Shown: positions 28,038-37,738 of the stretch, piece after piece
Layout: every line of letters starts with the position of its first letter
Numbering within the stretch: position 1 is the first letter of the stretch
DNA from: Rhynchobatus australiae
Taxonomy: Eukaryota
Reading direction: 5' to 3'
Assembly: GCA_034780895.1 (NCBI GenBank)
Contig: JAUZTB010000048.1
Span: 38,383,016 to 38,447,015, forward strand
DNA length: 64,000 nucleotides
Notes under the pieces: model-generated
Databases searched by the model: none
Seen by the model: only the letters and a program-made list of their open reading frames with translations
Told to the model about the DNA's origin: nothing
Program-made: the position numbers and the translations under genes

Positions 28038-28395
28038 GGAGACACAAGGCTGCAGATGCTGGAATCTGGAGCAATAAACAAACTGCTGGAGGGACTCTGG
28101 GTCGGGCAGCATCTGTGGAGGGAAATGCACAGTTGACGTTTCAGGTCGAGACCCTTCATCTGGACTGAAAGGTAGAGGGGAGATAGCCAGTGTAAAGAGG
28201 TGATGGAATTGAGTTGAGCCAGAGCTGGCAGGTGATGGGTGGATGGAGGAGGGAAGAATGGAAATAGCAACAGAGCCTGGGAAGTGATAGGTGGAAGTGA
28301 CAAAGGGCTGAAACTGATGGAATCTGATAAGGAAGGTGGGCAGATGGGAACAATATGGGGAGTGTGTGGGTGGTGGGTGGAGGAGGTGGGTGTGT
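28038..28395 (-). mobile_element. Penelope-like element 3' end with hammerhead-like motif
   Basis: Same terminal sequence as the other copies; CAGTC CAGATGA A GGGTC TC GACCT GAAA CG TC AACTG at 28130-28167. Confidence 0.8.
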
Positions 28396-28829
28396 AACAT
28401 TTTAATAGAGGATATCATTTGTAATTTTGATGGGGCACTTTTTATGTTCTAACAAGGAAATCTGAATAGAAATTCAGAAGTGAAGTTGAAGGAAACTAGG
28501 GCGTTCTGCCTGTGGGAGATGAAGGAACGTGAGCAGAGTTCTATGAATTGAAATAAAAACAAAAAGAAAAGGAAATATTAAGGCCAGTTAACATCTATGG
28601 AAAGAGAAGAGAAGTTAAACTGGTTTATTGTCACATGTACTGAGGTACGGCAAAAAGCTTTGTTTTGCATGCCATCCATACAGATCATTTCATTACATCA
28701 GCACATCGGGGTAGTACAAGGGAAAAGCAATAATGGGATGCAGAATATAGTGTTACAGAGCGAGTGCAGTGCAGGCAGACAGTGATCATCTTTGCCTAGT
28801 TCTGATGAAAGGTCATTGACCTGAAAGAT

Positions 28830-29570
28830 TATTTGATAAGGTGCCCACATAGAAGGCTACTGCACAAAATAAGAGCTCTCGGCAGGAATAATATGGGATT
28901 ACTTAACTAAGAGAAAACAGATTTGGGATAAATGGGTCATTGTTGAGTTGGAAAGCTGTAACTGGAAGGCTACTGCTAAGACCTCAACTATTCACAATCT
29001 ACAGTAATGATTTGAATGAAGGGACAGAGTGTATTGTAACCACATTTGCCATGATACATGGAAAAATATCAGTATATAATGAACCTTCAAAGGCGGATAA
29101 GTACATTAAGTGAGTGGACAAAATGTGTGCCGGTGGAGAACAATGTAAGAAGTTCATACCTCTGGTCCAAGTACAGTTTTGGCTTTGGTAGGAGAAGAAA
29201 ATCCATGAAAATACCAGCCGCAGAACCCCGCCCTTCCAGTTAATATGATCATGGCTGATCTGTCACCTGCCTCATTTCATTTGTGCCTGTTCCCTGTAGC
29301 CTTCAAATCCCTGATCTTTCAAGAATGCACTTACTTCTTCAACTATCCCTACTGACACAGCCCTCACCTCCCTCCAGGATAGAAAATTCCAGACATACAC
29401 CACGCTTTGCGAAATGGAAAAATAGCCGTGTACTGGAGATCGTTTAGAGAAGATTGACTAGGCTAATTGCCAGAATGAAGGAATTGCTTTACGGCGGAAG
29501 ACTGCACCCCCTACTCATCTGGATTTATAAAAATGAGATGTGATCTCACAATGAAACATGCACGATTACG
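28830..29570 (+). mobile_element. Decayed CR1-type reverse-transcriptase fragments
   Basis: tttgataaggtgcccacatagaaggctactgcacaaaataaga reads FDKVPH.RLL.KI; cacatttgccatgatac resembles the FADD motif. Confidence 0.65.
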
Positions 29571-29828
29571 AGACTAGAGCAGAAACGTGTGCAGCAAAAA
29601 TCAAACAGCTGGAGGCACTCAGCAGGTCAAGCAGATTGTCCCCAGAAACTCGTGAATGGCGGGGAGGGGAGATTACAAGACCTTCTGAGAAATAGGAATA
29701 CATGTGTGTCAAACTTAGTTTCCTTGTGCATATAAAAGTAAAATATATTGTTGGTGTAGAATATCAGACTTAGAGCAGAGTGCTGAAAATACATCTGGTA
29801 GGAGAAGAAAAGGCAGCTTGTGTTTATT

Positions 29829-29985
29829 GAGGAGCTCAGCAGGTCAGGCGTCAGGAGTCCAGATGAAGGGTCTTGACCCGAAGCATCAACTGTTCATTTC
29901 CCTCCATAGATGCTGCCTGACCTCCTGAGTCACTCCAGCTTTTTGTATGTTTCTCCGGATTCCAGCATCTGCAGTCTCTTTTGGC
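29829..29985 (+). mobile_element. Penelope-like terminal fragment with a short inverted copy in front
   Basis: Hammerhead-like motif at 29856-29892; 29831-29849 is the reverse complement of about 29915-29936. Confidence 0.75.
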
Positions 29986-30156
29986 TCCAGCTTATGTTTC
30001 CGGCCTTTCATCAGAATTGGAACAAAAGTACGGTGAGTTGCAATGGGTTTTAAGCAAGTACGGGACCAGTGCAATGAGGAGGAAAGAAGAAAAGTATATA
30101 GTTAGAGAGAGGAGGTTACATGACAAGGTCTTGGTGCTACAAGGCTTAAAAATTAC

Positions 30157-31020
30157 TTTTATTTCAAAAATAAATTCTAATCATAAAATATATAGACAAA
30201 AAGAAAAACAGTGCAAAAGTTTTTACATTCTTAATGTCATTTGGTCAGTACATTCAGTAGTGTTAATGCCTTTTTTTTAAACCATAACACCATTGTCACT
30301 CATGTGGTCCCCTGGGGTGATACACTCCTTCATCGTTTGAGGGGCTTCCCCATTCCAACTCCATGTCCAGTACTGGAAGGATCCTAGACTGTGGTCCTTC
30401 CCCACAGAGCCTTTGCATTGGCTGCACCGAGCTTCAGTGCATCCATCATCACGTACTCCTGCACCCTGGAATGTGGCAGTCGGCAGCATTTCCTTACCAA
30501 CATCTCTCCGTGCTGGAAGACCAACAAGTTTCGGGCAGACCAAAGCCTGTCTTTTACCAAGTTGATGATCCTCCAACAGCTCTTGATGTCTGACTTGGTG
30601 TGTGCTCCTGGGAACAGCCCGTGGATCAGAGAGTCCTCCGTTACACAACTGGTGGGGATGAACCAAGACACGGACCCTCGCGTCTGTCTCCACACCCTCT
30701 TAGCAAATCCACAAGTCTGCAAGGGTGTGGGTGATTGTCTCTTCCATTGCAGCAGTCCCGAGGGCAACATGCATCGGGGATGATATTTTGTCTGTACTGC
30801 AAGGATCTGACTGGGAGGGTCCCTCCCACCACCAATGAAACGATGTCTTGGTATTTGTTGGTGAGTTCTGGCAATGAAGCATTCTGCCAGATGATTTGGA
30901 CAGTCTTTCTTAGGGAACCACCCCACAGTATCTATCGACTCCCTGTCCCGCAATACCTGCAGGACGTTCCGTGCTTGGCCACTGCCTGATAAGACTTGGG
31001 GTCAAAGGTGTTGCTTAGAA
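30157..31020 (-). mobile_element. Tx1/L1-clade non-LTR retrotransposon, 5'-truncated ORF2 C-terminus with 3' UTR
   Basis: Frameshifted pieces join to WQNASLPELTNKYQD...LPVRS...CPRDCC..EETITH...CGFAKRVW...LWSARN...LWGRTTV*, a zf-RVT-like CCHC region; A-rich 3' end near 30157. Confidence 0.8.
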
Positions 31021-31034
31021 AAGCTCTTCCACAG

Positions 31035-32085
31035 GGGACGGTGCTGGGCCCAATGTTATTTGTCATCTATATTAACTATTGGATGAGAATTGAATTAGAA
31101 TAGTTAGTAAGTTTGCAGATGACAGTGGTGTTGTAGACAGTGAAGAGGAGAATCAAGAATTGCAGTGGGATCTTCATCAGCTGGGTAGGTGGGTGAGGAA
31201 TGGCAAATGGAATTTAACTCAGATAAGTGTGAAGTGTTACATTTTGGAAGGATAAATCAAGGTAGGACTTCTTTCATTGAATGGAAGGGCCCTGGGTACC
31301 ATTGTAGAACAGAAGGATCTTGGAGTAGAGGTGCATACTTCCCTTAAAGTGGAGTCACAGGTAGATAGGGTGGTGAAGAAGGCTTTGGACACGCTGACCT
31401 TCATCAGTCAGGGCATTGAATATAGAAGTTGGGAGCTTATTATGTTGTGATTGTACAAGACATTGGTGAAGACACACTTGGGAGTATTGTGTTCCGTTTT
31501 GGTCACTTTGTTATAGGAAGGATGTGATTAAACTGGAAATAGCTCAAAAAAGGATTTACAAGGATGCTGCCAGGACTTGAGCGACTGAGTTATGGGGAGA
31601 GGTTAGACAGACTGAGCTTTTATTCCTCGGAGTGTGGGAGACTGAGGGGTGATCTCATAGAGGTATATAAAATCATGAGGGGCTTAGATGGGGTGAGTGG
31701 TCTTTTCACCAGGCTTGGGGAAATCAAAAACAAGAGGACATCAGAATCAGATTTATTATCACTGATTCATATGATGTGAAATTTGTTGTTTTGCAGCAGC
31801 AGTACATACAGTGCAAAGACATAAAATTACTATAAATTACAAAAATAATAGTTTTATAAAATATAATACTATAAGTTACAAAAAAAGTTTTATAAAATAA
31901 AATAATTTTAAGGTTAGAGGTGAAAGGTTTAATAAGAACCCGAGGGCAACTTTTTTTTAAAAAACACACACATAGAATGGTAGATATATGGAACCATCTG
32001 CCAGTGGAAGTGGATGAGGCAGGTACATTGGATACATTAAAGACCTATGTGGACAGGTACATGGGGAAGAGTTTAGAAGGGATAC
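31035..32085 (+). mobile_element. CR1-type LINE fragment interrupted by a younger tail insertion at about 31741-31905
   Basis: VLGPMLFVIYIN, SKFADD, WQMEFN..KCEVLHFG, EQKDLGV.VH.SLK and LRGDLIEVYKIM are recognisable across frames. Confidence 0.9.
31741..31905 (-). mobile_element. Rex1/Babar-like LINE tail
   Basis: cagaatcagatttattatcactga...gtgaaatttgttgttttgcagcagcagtac is the reverse complement of the tail at 42320-42385; another copy lies at 32405-32500. Confidence 0.7.
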
Positions 32086-32764
32086 AAGAGAAAACTTCAG
32101 GTGATGGAAATCTGGAGCAACACACACACACAAAGTGCTGGAGGAACCCAGCAGGTCAGGCAGCATCTGTGGAGGGAAATATTCAATAAATACAGCAATA
32201 CAGCACGGATACAGGCCCTTCGGCCCAACCAGTCCATGCTGACCATGGTGCCCTCCCAGCTCGTCCCAATTTCCAACATTCCGCCTGTATCCCTCTCTGC
32301 CCTGCCCATCCATATACCTATCCAAAAGCTTCTTAAATGATAGTGGTAGAGTTAAAAGGAAGGTTGCAATAGCACTATTAGTAAGGAATTACACAGAAGT
32401 ATTTCCAGATTTATTATCACTGATTTATATGATGTGAAATGTTTTGTGGCAGAAGTACAGTGCAAGGACATAAAATCACTATAAATTACAAAAATAATAC
32501 TTTGTTCCTCGTTCCTTGAAATTGCATCAGAAGCCAAATAAGGGAGCAAAAAAAAAGTCGAGGTTGATGTTTTACAATGTTCAAAATTCGACACGTTCAG
32601 GATTTGCAATCAACAAAAGTTGCAGTTGGCAGTGCCGCATCAGGGATGTTCCCAGATGTGCGTTGCTCAAGAGTTGAGCCAAGTGCTGGGGGACGGCCTG
32701 AGCTTGACTCTGCATCTCGGTCAGCGCGGCCACGTCCAGCTGATGGGAGTGCGCCCCTCCAAAC

Positions 32765-32912
32765 GGCGGCGCGCACGCCGCCCCGCTGAGCGGCGTGATG
32801 ACGCGACAGACCCTCTCCTCCTCCACCCCCCCTCTCCCCCGGGCCGGTGACGTCTCAGTTGCCATGGCGCGGTGACGCAGAAGCCGCGGAACGTGCGTGC
32901 GCACGCGCGCCG
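32765..32912 (+). promoter_or_regulatory. Core promoter motif cluster: CRE half-sites, RFX X-box-like element, NRF1-like repeats
   Basis: TGACG at 32799, 32848 and 32873; GTTGCCATGGCGCG at 32858-32871; GTGCGTGCGCACGCGCGC at 32893-32910. These are motif matches only. Confidence 0.6.
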
Positions 32913-33045
32913 GGGCGATGTTTTTAAAAAAAAATCCCAACCGAAGCGAAATTCACCTGCGCGCCGACGATGAGGCGGATTCTTGCCTTTTAAGCCGCAA
33001 ACTGCTAGAGGCCGCGTCGAAGATGCCCCGCGGTCAGCTGCGCCA

Positions 33046-33097
33046 ATGTATCTGAAGAAATCTCGAAGCACCTCGTTAAACGGCATCGGAAAACAAG
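33046..33097 (+). CDS. TBC1D20: TBC1D20 exon 1 coding part (MYLKKSRSTSLNGIGKQ-D)
   Basis: ATG in the CpG island with an upstream in-frame TGA at 32971; donor AAG|gtgcgg in phase 1 joins exon 2 in frame (G+AC=Asp). The N-terminus is poorly conserved, so this exon is less certain. Confidence 0.78.
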
Positions 33098-33298
33098 GTG
33101 CGGGATTTAAAAAAAATAGAGGGGGGAGTTGGCGGCTCCGGTCATTTAGAGTGCGTCAGGGGGATCAGTTTAAACCGCAGCTCGGCGGTTGTCGCTGCAC
33201 TGGTGCTTGATGTTGAGGAGGGGAGTTGGAGCTCTCCCCTTTGCCGTGTCAACCGAACCGGATCCGGCCCCTCCGCTGTGATGGACGGCGGCGCCGCA

Positions 33299-33350
33299 CC
33301 AATAAGCGAGGGCGGTTGGGAGAGCGGGCCAATGGGGGCGGGGGGCGGGA
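33299..33350 (+). promoter_or_regulatory. Two CCAAT boxes 30 bp apart plus GC boxes in TBC1D20 intron 1
   Basis: CCAAT at 33299 and 33329, followed by GGGGCGGGGGGCGGG. Confidence 0.5.
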
Positions 33351-33781
33351 CTAGAGGGCAGTCAGGTTCGGTTGTGTGGGGACGGGGCTGCTCGTTTGCA
33401 GCAGGGGAAGGGAAACCACCGACGCTGTCGGTTCCAACCCTGCAGAGCGACCGAAAAATCAGCCCTAAACTTTGTTTCGGATGTGCATATTCTCAGTTGC
33501 ATGTTTGCAATCTTGCTTTTGCTGTGCAGAATTCCGACGGGGGGGGGGAGGTTGTTTTGTAAACTGTCGACCACCCTCCTCCAGTTCTCTCCCCCCCCCC
33601 CCCAAGGCATCTCTCCAAGACGGTCATCTGCACGTTTGTGACACGCCAGCACGGTGATGAGTGTTGGTTGTTTGTCCCTGCCCTCCCTGACAGCTGTACT
33701 TTGCGACGTGGGATTATTAAACAGGAGGAAGAACTCCTGCAGGGATTGGCGGATGTGCAAGACGGGAGGTTTCTGGTTCAA

Positions 33782-33792
33782 GTGACTCAGCA
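33782..33792 (+). promoter_or_regulatory. Antioxidant-response element / AP-1-MARE motif
   Basis: GTGACTCAGCA is an exact match to the CNC-sMaf consensus RTGACTCAGCA, next to the CpG island. Confidence 0.45.
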
Positions 33793-35904
33793 TCACGCAG
33801 CTCTGTCTGTTCATCATTTATCCCCCCCTCCCTTCAGCTGGCTCATTTTGTCCCTGAGATTCGTTTAAATAAAAACATTCCCTTTATGTTTGTAAGCTTC
33901 ACACAAGTTCATAGAGGTGCGGGGGTGAGTTACCTCGGAGAATCATAGCAAACGTGTTTGTTTTTGCATTGGCAAATATCTTCTGAGTTCACTCGCATTG
34001 GAGTAGGGATGATGTAGAAGACAGAATGAAATGCCAGCTGAAATTGATTGGTAAGCAAAAGTTGGAAAGTGAAAGCCACTAATAACAACATAGTGATCAA
34101 TGTAGGGGAATGAGATTTCCTCAGGGATTCCATTCTGAATTGCAGTTTATTTTCATTTCTTCGGCTAGTAAAGTGCAAATATCTTAAGAGACATCGTGGA
34201 GCAGTGGCTGGCTGTTCAGTTGCTTTGTTTTAAATTTTCCATCTATTTAAATGTTTAGTTCTGCTTCTCAGTCATTAGACTGCATCAAATCCCCTTAGAG
34301 TATGAAATCATAGCCTGCTCACTTATTTTCTGGTTTCCTTTTGGTTGCTTGCTGTCTCGAGTTAAATTTAGTTTCTGGAGTCATAGTGCTGCACCTCCAG
34401 CAATGTGTGAGAGNNNNNNNNNNNNNNNNNNNNNNNNNNNNNNNNNNNNNNNNNNNNNNNNNNNNNNNNNNNNNNNNNNNNNNNNNNNNNNNNNNNNNNN
34501 NNNNNNNNNNNNNGTGTGAGAGGAGCCAGCTGCAGGCTTTAGATGGCATTAGCTTCCCAACAGCACTCTACCTAGGATTTGAAACCTACAGTCTGGAGAG
34601 CTGCTCAGTTGACCAATGTTTTTGAGCACGGTTTCAAATATAAAAAGAAGTTGCAATTAAAAATATTTCTTAATGAATTTAAGACTGATGAGCCAGATTT
34701 ATTAATGTAGCAGATTTACCTCAACCATTTTTAACGTATCTGAAGATTCGCAGAGCAATTTATTATTTACATGTGTATGTAGTAGTCCATTTCTAATTAA
34801 AATTAAACATATTTAAAAGCTTTTGCCCATGCCTGTCATTTACATCGTGGCGAAAAAATGTTTTATTTCTTTGGCAGTTCTGTAAATTAGCAGGAATTCT
34901 AGAAAGTTGTTCGTTTCAGAATGACACAAAAGATTACATTTGTTTGTAACAAATGCTGAAATTTGCATTGGTTGTTACAAATGCTGAAATTCCTCCATCT
35001 TTTTGGCTTTGACTTCTTTTGGTTGAATATCAATGGAACCTGGTAGAAGCGTGGTGCGCTGAAAATCAGGAGAGAACTGAATTGTAAAGGTCTTTTAAGA
35101 ATGCTCTAACAGCAACCCGATTTGTATTTCACTTGACCCGTTCTTGTGGAATCATCGAAAGCCCCAACGTGGCAATAAGTTGTTTGCTAGTTTGTGTGTA
35201 ATATATGCCAGCTTGTTCAATCCTGCTATACTCATTCCCCAAATTGTTTATTAATTTTTCCAAATAGTACCACCTTCCTCTTTTGTTACTAACTAGAGTT
35301 CAGATATTATTTCAATCTTAAAAAGCTGTTTCCCTTAATTCTTCTAGATAGGTAAACCACTGGAGAGAGATGGATTTTGAATTTGATGTATTGGGGTTGG
35401 GAAAAAAAGCCTTGGACTTTTGATGTTCGGTACTTTGTAGCAATGCAATGTTTACTTATGACCCCTTAAATTTTCTCTTGCTATTCAAGTGAAGATGGGG
35501 CCTAATTTTGTGTTCCTCATTATAACTGTGACCCTCATCCCTGGTAATATGTGTGTCAGCACATTTTTCTTTTTGATGGTATGAATCCTTATGATTGATC
35601 ATTCTTAGCAATGTGCAGCAGTGCATCTAACATTTGAAACACTAGGGAGAAGTCTGAAATGATGCAGGAACAGCATCAACCTCTTTCACATAGTCAATGT
35701 CCCATTAGTTTCATTAGCAAATCCAGATGGTTATAGCAAATCTGTTTGGGACAGTGACTAGAAATGTGACCCAGTGGTTGAGTTTATGGGGAAGCAAAGG
35801 ATAGGGGGTTTTCTGGATACAGGCTACCTTTGAAGTAGTGGTTAGCACATACTGATGCATAGAAAGGGAAGTACAAGAGACAGATATTTCAGCAGTACTT
35901 TAAG

Positions 35905-36460
35905 TAGAACATGAACATAGAACGTAGGACAATACAACACAGTACAGGCCCTTCGGCCCACCATGTTGTGCTGTCCATCAAACCACACCTAACACTATCT
36001 AACCCCTTCCTCCCACATANNNNNNNNNNNNNNNNNNNNNNNNNNNNNNNNNNNNNNNNNNNNNNNNNNNNNNNNNNNNNNNNNNNNNNNNNNNNNNNNN
36101 NNNNNNNNNNNNNNNNNNNACCCATAACCTTAAATCCATGCCCTCTTGTCTTGAGCATTGGTGCCCTGGGAAAGAGGCGCTGGCTGTCTACTCTATTCCT
36201 CTCAATATTTTTTTACACCTCTATCATGTCTCTCCTCATCCTCCTCTCCAATGAGTAAAGCCCTAGCACCTTCAGCCTCTCCTCATATTCCATACGCTCT
36301 AATCCAGGCAGCACCCTGGTAAATCTCTGCACCCTTTCCAATGCCTCCACATCCTTCCTATAATGCAGTGACCAGAACTGAACACGGTACTCTAAGTGTG
36401 GTCTAACCAGAGTTCTGTAAAGCTGCATCAACACTTCACGGCTCTTAAACTCGCTCATAA
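35905..36460 (-). mobile_element. CR1-type LINE 3' fragment spanning a 100-N gap
   Basis: ORF-track peptide [37 protein letters not shown]; typical tail gaacatagaac...ggcccttcggccca. Confidence 0.9.
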
Positions 36461-36749
36461 CTGAAAAAGAACCTTGCATTTCAATGGCATTCTTCACAGC
36501 CTCAATGTCTCAAAGCTTTCTGGAGCTGGGGGAATGGTGGAGGATGGTCTGTAGTGTTGATATGAATAGAGCACACCTAGGTTCAGGACCGGCTAAAGGA
36601 AGCAGTTTTGGATAGCAGGCTGTGGAGGCTTTTTACAAGTATACCACATCTAAATACAGTACAATGGGAAAGTAATTTTTTTCTGTCCTTACTGGGCTAA
36701 TTATGTTTTCCAGCCCTCGGTGAGATCTGGTGAGGTAACTGGTGGTTTA

Positions 36750-37078
36750 TCAGAATCAAATTTATTATCACTGGCTTATGTGACGTGAAATATGTTGTTT
36801 TGTGGCAGCAGTACGTGCAAAGACACAAAATTACTGTAAATTATAAAAATATAGTGCAAATATAAAAGGAATAATGAATTGAGAAATCTGATAGCGAAGG
36901 AGAAGCTGTTTCTGAACCATTGAGTGTGGGACTTCAGCATCCTGTACATCCTTCTGAATGGTAGTAATGAGAAGAGGGCCAACCCTCTGCAGCCTCTTGC
37001 GATTCTGTGCATTAGAGCCTTCATACCAGGTGGTGATGCAACAAGTCAGAATGTTCTCCACTGTACATCTATAAAAAC
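36750..37078 (-). mobile_element. Rex1/Babar-like LINE 3' fragment
   Basis: FYRCTVENILTCCITTWY...LQRV and FSLLP..R.YR.LK.HT..F.NSF motifs on the minus strand. Confidence 0.75.
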
Positions 37079-37552
37079 TTGTAATTTATCAAATAACGTT
37101 CTTTTTAAAAAGGAATAATTACTGAGGTCACTTACTGGTGGGGTGGAGGAAAGTAAAGTTTAAGTATTACAAATGAGAGCCTTTAATTTTGTGATAGTGG
37201 GAGCTGCCGTTTTTGGTACCCTTATTTCCTTTATCATTTTTGGTGATATTGGTTCTTGGGAGTGGCTTTTTCTTCCTAGTGTGGATCCATTCTCGTCACT
37301 TAGGTCAGGATATTTAGAGAGCCCTCAAAAATGATGCATGATATTTGTGGTATTTTTATACATTTAAAACAATTGCTCTGGGATTGGTCAGAACATATGA
37401 ACAATTTTCAGTTTTGTACATAATGGCGAAATTATGAATCAGTTACTGGGGAGATCCAATTTATTTCTTTGCAAGGGATTGTTAGAAAAGATACATAAAG
37501 AAGAAAGAGAAAATGATTTTGATGTTGTGTTTTAATTTGTATTTCCCATCAG

Positions 37553-37738
37553 ACAATGAATCAAAGAAAAAGAAAAAGGCAGCAGAAATCCTCCAGGCCT
37601 TGAGCAGCTCTCCAGTAGATGTGGCTGCATTGAGGAGAATGGCAATCAGTGAAGGTGGTCTTCTGACAGATGAAATCCGCTGCAAAGTGTGGCCAAAGCT
37701 CCTTAATGTAAATGCGTGTGATCTACGCCCTAAACCAG
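37553..37738 (+). CDS. TBC1D20: TBC1D20 exon 2 (NESKKKKKAAEILQALSSSPVDVAALRRMAISEGGLLTDEIRCKVWPKLLNVNACDLRPKP)
   Basis: ccatcag acceptor, gtaact donor, 186 nt; DVAALRRMAISEGGLLTDEIR.KVWPKLLNV matches TBC1D20. Confidence 0.96.

Larger units (their letters stand above)
32620..33660. promoter_or_regulatory. CpG island over the TBC1D20 promoter, exon 1 and start of intron 1
   Basis: The only GC- and CpG-dense stretch in an otherwise CpG-depleted window; contains the first coding exon. Confidence 0.9.

Noticed and set aside
27657-28418. 253-aa ORF on the minus strand, the longest in the track
   Set aside because: It runs across two Penelope-like fragments and a CR1 tail, mostly off-frame and in pyrimidine-rich sequence; not a gene.
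30384-30953. 189-aa ORF as a host gene
   Set aside because: Frameshifted, 5'-truncated C-terminus of a Tx1/L1-type ORF2.
32864-32875. GCCATGG perfect Kozak context as a possible TBC1D20 start
   Set aside because: It reads ATG GCG CGG TGA and stops at once; better explained as the centre of an X-box-like motif.
32577-33868. Cluster of overlapping 60-154 aa ORFs on both strands
   Set aside because: Expected from stop-codon scarcity in a CpG island; only 33046-33097 splices in frame to TBC1D20.
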